A stretch of 64,000 nt of DNA from an uncultured Bacteroidota bacterium (GTDB lineage Bacteria; Bacteroidota; Bacteroidia; Chitinophagales; Chitinophagaceae): assembly GCA_903865435.1 (NCBI GenBank), contig CAIPJS010000072.1, forward strand, positions 21,695 to 85,694. The letters are read 5' to 3'. Positions within the stretch are counted from its first letter, which is position 1. Each line of letters opens with the position of its first letter. The position numbers and the translations under genes were made by a program. The notes below the pieces were generated by a model. It was not told the origin of the DNA, searched no databases, and worked only from the letters and a program-made list of their open reading frames with translations. This document shows positions 54,498-64,000 of the stretch, one piece after another.

Positions 54498-55883
54498 CTA
54501 AAAGTAGAGATAATTGAGCAGTAAATTAGGGAAAATACCAAGGACGAGCAGCAAGATGGCCAAGGCCAAAAGTTGATATTGGTAGTTTTTTGACACTAGA
54601 TGAATGGCAGGTTCCCCAGCCGTGAAATACATGGCTTGGATTATTTTAAAGTAATAATAAATACTTATGGCAGCAAAAACTACCGCTACAATTACTAGCC
54701 AAAGTCCAGCGCCTGCTTTTAACAAAGCAGCTAACATATAATATTTTGCAAAAAAGCCCCCAGTTAAAGGGATGCCTGCTAAGGAAAACAAAAATACAGT
54801 AGTGGCAAAAGCCAATAAAGGTTCTGTTTTTGCTAACCCATTAAATGCTTCAAAACTATTTTCTTTCATTTTTACCAAAACAGCAAATATACCCATAGTA
54901 GCAATAGAATAAACCACTGCAAAGATTAAAATACCTTCTATTGCAATATCCGATTTGCCATACAAGGCGAACAACATGAATCCTGCTTGCGCGATACTGG
55001 AATAGGACAACATTCTTTTGACACTTCTTTGGAATACTGCAATAATATTACCCACTAATAAAGTAGATAGTATTACAAAAGTTAAAAGCAAGGTCCATGA
55101 AGTTGTCAATGATTTGTATTGCGTGCTAAATACATTTATAAAAGCAAGAAATCCTGCAGCCTTGGCAATGGTGGCCATAAAGGAAGTAAATACTGTGGGT
55201 GCACCATCATATACATCGGGTGTCCAAAAATGAAAAGGCGCTGCAGATACTTTAAAATTCATAGCTGCAAAAAGCAAGATCAACCCAGCCGATAATAAAT
55301 ATTGCTCATGCGCAATACCCGTGCTCAATTTAATTACGGTGGATGTCATGTGGAAAGTTCCATTGGCTCCATATATAAAAGTAATGCCCAATAATAATAT
55401 TCCAGTAGAAAAGGAACCCATTAAGAAATACTTCAAAGCAGCCTCATTGCTAATCATGCTTTTTTTATCGGCACCAGTTAAAATATACAAGGGAATAGAC
55501 AATATTTCAATGCCAATAAATAACATCAACAAATTATCAAAAGAAGTTAAAACGCTAACACCACATAAAATAAAAAAAATCAAGCTATAAAAATCGGCTG
55601 CTGCATTACTTAATTTTGAAATCTCCTCTCCATTGATCCATACATATATAAATGTTAGTGCAAATAACAATGTATTGGAATACAAACCAAAATGACTAAA
55701 TAACAACATGCCTTTGGTATCATAATTAAATTCATACCAGCCATTGGATTGCGCAAGATTGGCGATAATTAAACACAACAAGCCAATTAATGCAATATTT
55801 TTTTGCGCATTTTGACTTTTTACTCCCCAGGAGCAAAACATCATGATTACGCCCAATAATGTAGAAACTATGATTGCATTCAT
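54498..55883 (-). CDS. nuoN: NADH-quinone oxidoreductase subunit N
   Basis: 461-aa antiporter-like polytopic protein, last gene of the nuo string. Confidence 0.85.
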   Translation of the reverse strand: MNAIIVSTLLGVIMMFCSWGVKSQNAQKNIALIGLLCLIIANLAQSNGWYEFNYDTKGMLLFSHFGLYSNTLLFALTFIYVWINGEEISKLSNAAADFYSLIFFILCGVSVLTSFDNLLMLFIGIEILSIPLYILTGADKKSMISNEAALKYFLMGSFSTGILLLGITFIYGANGTFHMTSTVIKLSTGIAHEQYLLSAGLILLFAAMNFKVSAAPFHFWTPDVYDGAPTVFTSFMATIAKAAGFLAFINVFSTQYKSLTTSWTLLLTFVILSTLLVGNIIAVFQRSVKRMLSYSSIAQAGFMLFALYGKSDIAIEGILIFAVVYSIATMGIFAVLVKMKENSFEAFNGLAKTEPLLAFATTVFLFSLAGIPLTGGFFAKYYMLAALLKAGAGLWLVIVAVVFAAISIYYYFKIIQAMYFTAGEPAIHLVSKNYQYQLLALAILLLVLGIFPNLLLNYLYF

Positions 55884-55898
55884 TATGAATTCATTTAA

Positions 55899-57320
55899 TT
55901 ATTTGACAAACAATTTGTGTAAAGTATCGGCTGTTAAAGTGAATAAAGGTTGTGCATACACCCCGGTTATCAATACCATCAACAATAATAAAATTAAAAC
56001 TGCTTGCGCTGGTTTATTAGGGGCAGTCATTTTTTGAATGCTTTCACCTATTTCCCCATAAGCTACTTTTTGAACCATATTTAAAGTATAGATAGCAGCC
56101 AATACAATACTTACACCTGCTGCTGCGGCAGCCCATACATTAAACTGAAACAAACTATTAAACATTAAAAATTCTCCCACAAATGAATTGGTTAAAGGCA
56201 AGGCAATGTTTGCAAGTGCAAAACCAACTAATAAAATTGCCAAGGTAGGTTGTTTTTTAGCGAGCCCTCCCATGGCCTGCATAGATCGAGTGCCTGTTTG
56301 TTGTTCAATAATATCTGCAACAATCCACAAGCCCAATACATTGATGCCGTGTGAAAATAATTGTACCAACACCCCTTGCACTCCTATTTGATGCTGACTA
56401 AATAAAGCTGCATTCATTAATCCAATATGCGCAATAGATGAATAAGCAATTAATCTTTTTAGGTCGTCCTGACGTATTGCAATAAAAGAAGCATACAAAA
56501 TTCCAATTACAGAAACTGCCACTACCCAACCCGAAGCCCCTTGAACAGCCATTGGAAATAAAGGCAGTAACCAACGAATCACTCCATACAAACCCATCTT
56601 TACCATCACCGCACTTAAAACCATCGTCACTGCAGTAGGCGATTGTTCATAAGTATCTGGCTGCCAAGTATGCAATGGGAACAAAGGCATTTTGATGGCA
56701 AATGCGATAAAGAATAAAAGAAACGCAGTGGTTTGTTGAGCCGGTGTTAATGTTGCTTTTGTAAAAGAAGTAATTAAAAAACTATGGTCTAGGGTATGTG
56801 CATTTAAAAATAAAATGCCCGCTAACATCAATAAAGATCCGAGGAAAGTATAAATGAAAAATTTAAAAGTAATGGCAATCCTTTTTTCTCCACCCCATAT
56901 GGAGCATAAAAAATAAACAGGAATTAAAGCCAATTCCCAAAAGAAATAAAACAATAAAGCATCTGCAGCTAAAAAAACGCCAATTAATCCTGCTTGCGTA
57001 AAAAACATCAAGGATAAGAAAACATTTCTTTTCTTATAATCATTTTTTATTGTTGCAATAAAAATTGCAGGGAAACTTATGGCAGTAAGTAGTATTAAAA
57101 TTTTTGACAAGCCATCTGAATGTAAAACGAATCTACTATTTACATTAGACAACCAAGCTGCATCAAAATCTGGAATAGCATTGCCAAATATTTGCAATGC
57201 GCATAATAAGTTAATGACACTAAAAGCAATGGCGATCCATTGTGCTGTTTTATTATCCTTAATAAACAACAAAACCAAGGCCGCTAAAAAAGGTATGAGT
57301 AGGAATGAAACTAATAACAT
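55899..57320 (-). CDS. nuoM: NADH-quinone oxidoreductase subunit M
   Basis: 473-aa antiporter-like subunit with PLFPLHTWQPDTY and SIAHIGLM motifs. Confidence 0.88.
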   Translation of the reverse strand: MLLVSFLLIPFLAALVLLFIKDNKTAQWIAIAFSVINLLCALQIFGNAIPDFDAAWLSNVNSRFVLHSDGLSKILILLTAISFPAIFIATIKNDYKKRNVFLSLMFFTQAGLIGVFLAADALLFYFFWELALIPVYFLCSIWGGEKRIAITFKFFIYTFLGSLLMLAGILFLNAHTLDHSFLITSFTKATLTPAQQTTAFLLFFIAFAIKMPLFPLHTWQPDTYEQSPTAVTMVLSAVMVKMGLYGVIRWLLPLFPMAVQGASGWVVAVSVIGILYASFIAIRQDDLKRLIAYSSIAHIGLMNAALFSQHQIGVQGVLVQLFSHGINVLGLWIVADIIEQQTGTRSMQAMGGLAKKQPTLAILLVGFALANIALPLTNSFVGEFLMFNSLFQFNVWAAAAAGVSIVLAAIYTLNMVQKVAYGEIGESIQKMTAPNKPAQAVLILLLLMVLITGVYAQPLFTLTADTLHKLFVK

Positions 57321-57326
57321 GCTTGC

Positions 57327-59255
57327 TTAATTAAATTTAGTCATTTGATAAAAAAATCGAACAATTGCCAAGTCATTAAACCATAAAATAAACAAAAGAA
57401 TAATTCCGAAAACCATAAATAAAATATAATAGCCTACTTGTCCATTTTGAATGAGTCTTACTTTTCTTGCACTGTACTGAACCAATTTACCAGTTCCATT
57501 CACCGCCCCATCAATCACTTGTTTTTCAATTACATTCTTTAAAAATCCTGCGAAATTATTTAAAGGTTGCACAATGGTTGCATTGTACAACTCATCAATA
57601 TGCCATTTGTTGTAAAAGAATTTGCCCATTGCTGTAGTAGGCTCCTGATCTGTTTTTTTGGTATAGATGGAAATGGCCATAAGTAACGCAATAAGCGCGA
57701 TACTTACCGAAACTGACATTAATGTCCACTCAACAAAAGGAGACAAGCCTAATTCCACAGGCATACCAACAATAGGAACCAATTGATGCGACAACCAATG
57801 TTGTCCGCCCATGATTTCTGGAATACCAATTGCCCCTGCAATGGCACTTGCAATGGCCAATAATATTAAAGGCATGGTCATGGCTGCAGGAGATTCATGC
57901 AAATGATTTTCTTGATCGGTTGTGCCTCTAAATTTTCCTAAGAAAGTAGTAGCATACAAACGGAACATATAAAAAGCAGTCATGGCCGCACCCAGCAAAC
58001 CAAGTACCCAATAAATAGGACTCTTCGCAAATGCAGCAGCCAATATTTCATCTTTAGAAAAGAAACCACTAAATGGAGGCAGGCCTGCAATAGCAATACA
58101 GCCAATCAAAAAAGTAATATGTGTAATTGGAAGCTTGGATTTTAATCCCCCCATTTTTCGAATGTCTTGCTCGTGGTGCATGGCATGAATCACCGACCCT
58201 GCGCCCAAGAACAACAATGCTTTAAAAAATGCATGGGTGATCACATGAAATACTGCACCTGAGTAGGCACCTACCCCCAAACCTAAAAACATATACCCCA
58301 ATTGACTGACTGTAGAATAGGCCAACACTTTTTTAATATCATTTTGCTTAATGGCAATAGTTGCCGCCAATAATGCGGTACTGATTCCTATGATGGCAAT
58401 TATATTTTGCGTAAAAGCACTGTGGCTAAATAAAAGATTGCTTCGCGTAATCATATAAATACCCGCTGTTACCATTGTTGCTGCATGGATCAATGCAGAA
58501 ACAGGTGTAGGACCAGCCATCGCATCAGGCAACCAAGTAAACAAAGGTATTTGCGCACTCTTACCCATGGCACCTACAAATAATAATAAAGTAATGCCAG
58601 TGATATCAGAAGCAGATAGTTTTGCCAAACTTGCTGCAGTAAATACTTCACTATAATTAACCGTGCCTAATCTAACTATGAGCCAGAAGATGGCCAATAA
58701 AAATCCTAAATCTCCAATACGGTTCATGATGAATGCTTTCTTAGCAGCATAATTGTATTGGCCATTGGTAAACCAATATCCAATTAATAAATAAGAGCAT
58801 AAACCCACACCTTCCCAACCAATAAACATCACCACATAATTGTCTCCCAAAACCAATATCAACATAGAGAAGATAAACAAATTCAAATAAGAAAAATAGC
58901 GTGCATAATGCGGTGCCAATTCTTCTTTCATATACGCTGTTGAATAAAGATGTATCAAAGAACCCACGCCTGTAATGACCAATAAAAAAAGACTAGACAA
59001 AGCATCTACTTTAAAATCAAAAGGTATTTTAACTGTGTCTGTATTGATAAAATCAAAATAATGAACAGATACAGCACCATGATCTTGCACATATAAAAAT
59101 GCAAAAATACTTGCGATGAAAGACGCCATAATATACCCAGTAGCTTTATAGGCAATTACTTTTTTACTCCAATAGTTTCTACCCAAGCCATTGAATAAAA
59201 ATCCAGCCAAAGGCCAAACAATTATAAAAGCAATTAATATTTTCATAAGGGCCAT
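57327..59255 (-). CDS. nuoL: NADH-quinone oxidoreductase subunit L
   Basis: 642 aa with GKSAQIPLFTWLPDAMAGPTPVSALIHAATMV and a C-terminal lateral-helix extension. Confidence 0.9.
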   Translation of the reverse strand: MALMKILIAFIIVWPLAGFLFNGLGRNYWSKKVIAYKATGYIMASFIASIFAFLYVQDHGAVSVHYFDFINTDTVKIPFDFKVDALSSLFLLVITGVGSLIHLYSTAYMKEELAPHYARYFSYLNLFIFSMLILVLGDNYVVMFIGWEGVGLCSYLLIGYWFTNGQYNYAAKKAFIMNRIGDLGFLLAIFWLIVRLGTVNYSEVFTAASLAKLSASDITGITLLLFVGAMGKSAQIPLFTWLPDAMAGPTPVSALIHAATMVTAGIYMITRSNLLFSHSAFTQNIIAIIGISTALLAATIAIKQNDIKKVLAYSTVSQLGYMFLGLGVGAYSGAVFHVITHAFFKALLFLGAGSVIHAMHHEQDIRKMGGLKSKLPITHITFLIGCIAIAGLPPFSGFFSKDEILAAAFAKSPIYWVLGLLGAAMTAFYMFRLYATTFLGKFRGTTDQENHLHESPAAMTMPLILLAIASAIAGAIGIPEIMGGQHWLSHQLVPIVGMPVELGLSPFVEWTLMSVSVSIALIALLMAISIYTKKTDQEPTTAMGKFFYNKWHIDELYNATIVQPLNNFAGFLKNVIEKQVIDGAVNGTGKLVQYSARKVRLIQNGQVGYYILFMVFGIILLFILWFNDLAIVRFFYQMTKFN

Positions 59256-59259
59256 GGAA

Positions 59260-59595
59260 TTAGTTCTTTAATCTATTTAAAAAATTGATATCAATAGAAT
59301 GTGTATTTCGGTACATCATTACTATAATGGCCAAGCCAATACTTACCTCTGCAGCAGCAACTACCATAATAAAGAAAACAAAAATTTGTGCATCAATGCC
59401 CGCATTGCTTACTACTCCACCTTTAATTCCCATTGCATAATACATTTTAGAAAAAGCCACCAATAACAAATTCACCGCATTCAACATTAATTCAATACAC
59501 ATGAATACAATAATCGCATTGCGACGCGTCAACACCCCTACTACCCCAATGCTAAAAAGGGCCAAGCAGAAATAGATATAATATTGTATAGACAT
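59260..59595 (-). CDS. nuoK: NADH-quinone oxidoreductase subunit K
   Basis: The ATG at 59595 gives MSIQYYIYFCLALFSIGVVGVLTRRNAI. There are three TM helices with conserved Glu residues (CIELMLNA, AAAEVSIGLAI). Confidence 0.88.
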   Translation of the reverse strand: MSIQYYIYFCLALFSIGVVGVLTRRNAIIVFMCIELMLNAVNLLLVAFSKMYYAMGIKGGVVSNAGIDAQIFVFFIMVVAAAEVSIGLAIIVMMYRNTHSIDINFLNRLKN

Positions 59596-59605
59596 AATAA
59601 TTATT

Positions 59606-60106
59606 TTATTTTTTTCCAATGAGTACGGCTCCCACCATAGCACTTAAAAACAATACACTACTTATTTCAAAAGGAATTACATAATCACTAAACAATGCTT
59701 TTCCTAATGGATGTATTAAACCAATTGTACCTTCTTTTAATAATACTTTTTCACCCAAGATGGAATCGGTTTGCTTTACCAATGCAATCAATAAGGTCAA
59801 TAAGCTACCACCTGCAATCACTCCAATAAATTTTACAAACAACTGCTTTTGCGGCTCTTTGTCTTTTTTAACATTAATCAACATAATCACAAATAAAAAC
59901 AAGACCATAATAGCGCCTGCGTATACAATAATATTGACAATGGCTAAAAATTGCGCATTCAATAATATATAGTGGCCCGAGATGGCGAAAAATACTAAAA
60001 TTAACCAAAGCACACTATGTATTGGATTTTTACTAATAAGCACCATAATGGCAGATGCTAATGCAAATACAGATAAGGCGTAAAATAAAATTTCTAATAC
60101 ATTCAT
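59606..60106 (-). CDS. nuoJ: NADH-quinone oxidoreductase subunit J
   Basis: 166-aa polytopic protein positioned between nuoI and nuoK. Confidence 0.85.
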   Translation of the reverse strand: MNVLEILFYALSVFALASAIMVLISKNPIHSVLWLILVFFAISGHYILLNAQFLAIVNIIVYAGAIMVLFLFVIMLINVKKDKEPQKQLFVKFIGVIAGGSLLTLLIALVKQTDSILGEKVLLKEGTIGLIHPLGKALFSDYVIPFEISSVLFLSAMVGAVLIGKK

Positions 60107-60111
60107 AATAT

Positions 60112-60648
60112 TTAAGCTTCTACTCCTTTTGCTTTTGCCAATGCAGGTGCATTGGTTAAAGTATTGGGAATTAATAAATCGTTCTTATCATAAATAAAAC
60201 CTTTACGCGTGTAATTAGCAGGCGCAAATGTTTCACTCAAATAAATGGCATCTTTTGGACAGGCTTCTTCACACAATCCACAAAAAATACAACGCAACAT
60301 ATTGATTTCATATTTGGCTGCATATTTTTCTTCTTTGTACAAATGCTCCTCTCCTTCTTGTCTCTCTGCTGCTTCCATAGTGATGGCTTCTGCAGGACAT
60401 GCTACGGCACACAATCCACAAGCAGTACAATTTTCACGACCTTGCTCATCTCTATTTAATACATGCAAGCCTCTAAAAACAGGACTAAATTCCCTTTTTT
60501 GTTCGGGGTACCTAATAGTTGGCTGTTTTTTAAACATGTGTTTAAAAGTAATCATCATGCCTTTAATAATATTAATCAAATACAAACGCTCCAAGAAGGT
60601 CATGGGCTTGCGATTTACTGCGATTGATTTATTGGTTAATGCTTGCAT
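60112..60648 (-). CDS. nuoI: NADH-quinone oxidoreductase subunit I (2x[4Fe-4S] ferredoxin)
   Basis: CTACGLCAVACP and CIFCGLCEEACP. Confidence 0.92.
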   Translation of the reverse strand: MQALTNKSIAVNRKPMTFLERLYLINIIKGMMITFKHMFKKQPTIRYPEQKREFSPVFRGLHVLNRDEQGRENCTACGLCAVACPAEAITMEAAERQEGEEHLYKEEKYAAKYEINMLRCIFCGLCEEACPKDAIYLSETFAPANYTRKGFIYDKNDLLIPNTLTNAPALAKAKGVEA

Positions 60649-60672
60649 GTTATATAAGTACAGTTTTTATAA

Positions 60673-61716
60673 TTATAATTTTGATAAGATTAAAGCACCT
60701 GTCAATAACATATTGAACAATGCCAATGGTATCATTTTTTTCCAACCCAAATTCATTAATTGATCATACCTAAATCTTGGGATGGTCCAACGAATCCACA
60801 TAAATAAAAATATAAATAGTACAATTTTGATTAGTAAAGTGCCCACGCCAATCATGGCTGCGATATTGGGCGCCACAGTAGATTCATCAAAGAAAGGCAA
60901 GTCGTATCCACCAAAGTACATACATGCCATAATTGCACTACTCATAATCATGTTGACGTACTCTGCAAATAAATAGAAGCCTAATTTCATCGAAGAATAC
61001 TCTTGATGATACCCAAAGTTTAATTCATTCTCTGCTTCTGGTAAATCAAAAGGTGTACGATTGCATTCTGCCATGGCACAAATAAAGAAAATTAAAAAAC
61101 CCAGAGGCTGATAAACAATATTCCAATAATGTCCTGTTACCTGATCGGCTACAATGGTTTTTAAACTTAAACTGCCTGTAGTCATAAGAAGTGCAATCAA
61201 TGCCAAGCCCATTGCAATTTCATAACTAATGGCTTGTGATGCGGCACGCAAAGCAGACATTAAAGAAAGTTTATTATTAGAAGCCCACCCTCCAATCATA
61301 ATACCATATACGCCCATACTCACTACGGCGAATACATATAAAATGCCAATGTTGACATCAGCAACTTGTAATTCAATGATTCTACCAAATAGATGAACAG
61401 CTGTTCCCCAAGGTATCACCGCACAGGTCATTAAGCTTGCAGTCATGGCCAAACCTGGTCCAATTATAAACAACCATTTGCTGGATGCATTTGGAATAAT
61501 TTCTTCCTTCATGATTAATTTCAAACCATCTGCTAAGGGTTGCAATAATCCAAAAGGACCCGCTCTATTTGGACCTGGTCGGTCTTGTAATATAGCAGCT
61601 ACTTTTCTTTCCCCAAAAGTGGTATACAATGCAATGCCCAAACTGGCAAAAACAATAATGACAATTAATACTAATTTTTCTATTAAAAAAGCCCAATCTA
61701 ATGCGAGTAGTGTCAT
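60673..61716 (-). CDS. nuoH: NADH-quinone oxidoreductase subunit H
   Basis: 347 aa with GERKVAAILQDRPGPNR and ECNRTPFDLPEAENEL signatures. Confidence 0.92.
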   Translation of the reverse strand: MTLLALDWAFLIEKLVLIVIIVFASLGIALYTTFGERKVAAILQDRPGPNRAGPFGLLQPLADGLKLIMKEEIIPNASSKWLFIIGPGLAMTASLMTCAVIPWGTAVHLFGRIIELQVADVNIGILYVFAVVSMGVYGIMIGGWASNNKLSLMSALRAASQAISYEIAMGLALIALLMTTGSLSLKTIVADQVTGHYWNIVYQPLGFLIFFICAMAECNRTPFDLPEAENELNFGYHQEYSSMKLGFYLFAEYVNMIMSSAIMACMYFGGYDLPFFDESTVAPNIAAMIGVGTLLIKIVLFIFLFMWIRWTIPRFRYDQLMNLGWKKMIPLALFNMLLTGALILSKL

Positions 61717-61726
61717 ACTTTATTTA

Positions 61727-62851
61727 TTAGGCGTTTTTAGAATTAGTTTTAAAATTGCTTCCATGAGAAGGCCCGTCAATTTCACTTAAACGAACAGAAG
61801 GTAAGTTCACTTCGCTTTCATTATGTATGTCCATTAATAAATGAGGCGCTCTGCCATCATTCACTGCTTTAAATGTTTCTGTAGGTAGTGTGGTACCGAC
61901 ATTGCCTGCATAATGCCCCTGGGCAATTACAGAATGTCTGCTGATTTCACGTGGTCCTTCTATCACCCAATCATTGGCATGCTTTTTATCAAAACGACAG
62001 GTATTACAAATCCATCCTGGCTTACCTTCTGGTGTGTCTTCAATTTCTCCCCACTCATCCTTGCGCGCAGTCACTCTAAACACTTCATCACCTCTGTTCC
62101 ATAAAGTGACTCTACCTGAACAAGTAGGACAATCGCGGTGTGCATCCATGGGTTTCAAAAACCATACTCTATTTTTAAAACGGAATGTTTTATCAGTTAA
62201 AGCGCCTACTGGACATACATCAATTACATTGCCTATAAAATCATTGTCCAAGCTTTTTTCAATATGGGTAGCAATTTCTGCATGGTCGCCTCTGTCTAAA
62301 ATACCATGCACTCTTTTATTGGTTAATTGATCTGCTGTAAATACACAACGGTAGCATAAAATGCAACGCGTCATATGTAGTTGTATGTGCTTGCCTAAAT
62401 CATGCTTCTTAAAGGTGCGTCTTTGAAATTCATATCTAGTACCTGACTTTCCATGCTCAAAACTTAAATCTTGTAAATGACATTCTCCTGCCTGATCACA
62501 GATAGGACAATCAAGTGGATGATTCAATAATAAAAATTCAACCACCCCTGCTCTTGCATCAATTACTTTTTCACTGGTAATATTTTTTACTTCCATTCCA
62601 TCCATTACTGTGGTTCTACAAGAAGCGACCAACTTTGGCATGGGGCGAGGATCTTTTTCAGAACCCTTGGATACTTCTACTAAACAAGTACGACATTTGC
62701 CACCGCTACCTTCTAGCTTACTATAATAACACATAGCAGGCGGCGCCACAGCGCCTCCAATTTGACGTGCCGCTTGCAATATGGTAGTGCCCGCTGTTAC
62801 TTCAATGGTAATGTTGTCTACTGTTACTTTAAATAATGTTTGTTCACTCAT
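61727..62851 (-). CDS. nuoG: NADH-quinone oxidoreductase subunit G, short form (Fe-S domains only, no molybdopterin-like domain)
   Basis: The ATG at 62851 gives MSEQTLFKVTVDNITIEV. The 2Fe-2S ligands lie in CYYS..CRTCLVEV, followed by HPLDCPICDQAGEC and CILCYRCV..CPVGAL. An extra CPTC..CNTC pair lies near the C-terminus. Confidence 0.85.
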   Translation of the reverse strand: MSEQTLFKVTVDNITIEVTAGTTILQAARQIGGAVAPPAMCYYSKLEGSGGKCRTCLVEVSKGSEKDPRPMPKLVASCRTTVMDGMEVKNITSEKVIDARAGVVEFLLLNHPLDCPICDQAGECHLQDLSFEHGKSGTRYEFQRRTFKKHDLGKHIQLHMTRCILCYRCVFTADQLTNKRVHGILDRGDHAEIATHIEKSLDNDFIGNVIDVCPVGALTDKTFRFKNRVWFLKPMDAHRDCPTCSGRVTLWNRGDEVFRVTARKDEWGEIEDTPEGKPGWICNTCRFDKKHANDWVIEGPREISRHSVIAQGHYAGNVGTTLPTETFKAVNDGRAPHLLMDIHNESEVNLPSVRLSEIDGPSHGSNFKTNSKNA

Positions 62852-62865
62852 AGTTTTACGCAATG

Positions 62866-64000
62866 TTATGCAGGCACATGGATGGGGTCTGCATAGTGTT
62901 GTAAACCAAAATTACTTGTTTGTGATAATGCTCTATTGTTGATATGCCATTCAAATTCATCACGGAAATGTCTAATCGCTGCAGCTACTGGCCAAGCGGC
63001 TGCATCTCCTAAAGGACAAATGGTATTGCCTTCTATTTTTCTTTGAATGTCCCACAATAAATCTATATCACTCATCTCTCCTTTTCCTAATTCAATTTTT
63101 TGTAATATTTTTTCCATCCATCCTGTTCCTTCTCTGCAAGGTGAACATTGTCCGCAGCTTTCATGTCTGTAAAAACGCGCTAGGGTTAAAGTATTTTTTA
63201 CAATACACTGGTCTTCATCTAAAACAATAAAACCACCAGAGCCCATCATGGAACCTGTTGCAAAACCACCGTCGCTTAAACTTTCATAGTTCATGTAACG
63301 CGTCTCACCTTTAGCTGTTTTTAATAAAAGATTCGCAGGCAAAATAGGCACAGAAGAACCACCCGGAATACATGCTTTTAATTTTTTGCCACCAGCAATA
63401 CCACCACAATATTCATCGCTGTAAATAAAATCCTCAACTGAAATAGTCATATCAATTTCATACACTCCTGGTTTATTAATATTACCACAAGCAGAAATTA
63501 ATTTAGTACCTGTAGAACGGCCAACGCCAATTTTTGCATATTCCTCACCGCCCATTTTAATAATAGGTACTACGGCTGCTAAAGTTTCTACATTGTTTAC
63601 CACGGTTGGGCGCATCCATAATCCTTGAATAGCAGGGAATGGAGGTTTAATACGAGGGTTACCTCTTTTACCTTCTAATGATTCTATTAAAGCAGTTTCC
63701 TCTCCACAGATATAAGCTCCTGCACCACGATGTACATGTATCATGCAATCAAAACCAGTGCCTAAAATATTTTTTCCTAACCAGCCATTTTTAGTGGCTT
63801 CTACAATAGCGTCTTCTAATATTTGAGCTACCCATGCATATTCACCTCTTATATATATGTAAGTATCGTTTGATCCTAATGCATAAGAAGAAATAAGCAA
63901 ACCTTCTATTAATAAGTGTGGTAAGAATTCCATTAAATACCTATCCTTGAAGGTACCAGGCTCACTTTCATCTGCATTACACACCAAGTGACGCGGAACG
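62866..64000 (-). CDS. nuoF: NADH-quinone oxidoreductase subunit F, C-terminal about 378 codons; the N-terminus lies beyond the right window edge
   Basis: The frame stays open to the window edge. The FMN/NADH motif is GAGAYICGEETALIESLEGKRG and the N3 cluster ligands are ESCGQCSPCREG and CPLGDAA. Confidence 0.92.
   Translation of the reverse strand, partial: VPRHLVCNADESEPGTFKDRYLMEFLPHLLIEGLLISSYALGSNDTYIYIRGEYAWVAQILEDAIVEATKNGWLGKNILGTGFDCMIHVHRGAGAYICGEETALIESLEGKRGNPRIKPPFPAIQGLWMRPTVVNNVETLAAVVPIIKMGGEEYAKIGVGRSTGTKLISACGNINKPGVYEIDMTISVEDFIYSDEYCGGIAGGKKLKACIPGGSSVPILPANLLLKTAKGETRYMNYESLSDGGFATGSMMGSGGFIVLDEDQCIVKNTLTLARFYRHESCGQCSPCREGTGWMEKILQKIELGKGEMSDIDLLWDIQRKIEGNTICPLGDAAAWPVAAAIRHFRDEFEWHINNRALSQTSNFGLQHYADPIHVPA

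Noticed and set aside
1-64000. Horizontally acquired island, prophage, transposon or defence locus
   Set aside because: I recognised no integrase, transposase, tRNA or att-like boundary, restriction-modification, toxin-antitoxin, Cas or phage structural genes. Gene content is core metabolism and information processing, with uniform AT-rich composition by eye.

Overview
Mostly housekeeping chromosomal segment from an AT-rich member of the phylum Bacteroidota. The phylum is inferred from fused gldF/gldG gliding-motility genes, an exbB-exbD-exbD-tonB cassette, TAnnTTTG -7 promoter boxes upstream of many genes, the lack of Shine-Dalgarno-like leaders, and signal peptides ending in AQ. I call 55 protein-coding genes, two of them cut by the window edges (uvrA on the left, nuoF on the right). 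They include an ECF sigma factor, a split dsbD system, purQ, ldcA, metG, a GMC oxidoreductase with its Tat-signal partner, class II RNR nrdJ, a GGGP-synthase-like gene and a LytTR two-component pair. Also present are dxs, scpA, frr, a transketolase N-half, a lolE-like permease, rbfA, an MsbA-like exporter, a DksA/TraR protein with a histone-H1-like tail, ileS, lspA and terC. The right half holds gldFG, iscS-iscU-iscA/erpA, mce, rnc-fabF-acpP, a PfkB kinase, an outer-membrane barrel, mnmE, the TonB cassette, a MacB-like permease and nuoF through nuoN. I recognised no rRNA, tRNA, CRISPR array, transposase, integrase, phage or obvious defence or toxin genes. I therefore cannot point to a novel multi-gene protein system here. 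The most unusual signal is non-coding: a modular intergenic element built from a GC-rich terminator hairpin, a TCATTAGAG box, and an AT-rich hairpin with a bulged A. That hairpin has an invariant ATATTTTATA apex and stems that differ completely between loci yet always pair. The element is tandemly arrayed at three loci, with degenerate copies at two more. Secondary observations are a DsbD whose redox-active alpha domain seems to be supplied in trans, a GldF-GldG fusion, and a Lys/Ala/Pro-rich extension on the DksA-like protein. Others are an aromatic-rich insert in an unknown secreted protein, several promoters whose -7 box abuts the ATG (possible leaderless mRNAs), and a 13-bp direct repeat upstream of exbB. 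All coordinates were derived by hand, and start codons and hairpin ends may be off by a few nt.
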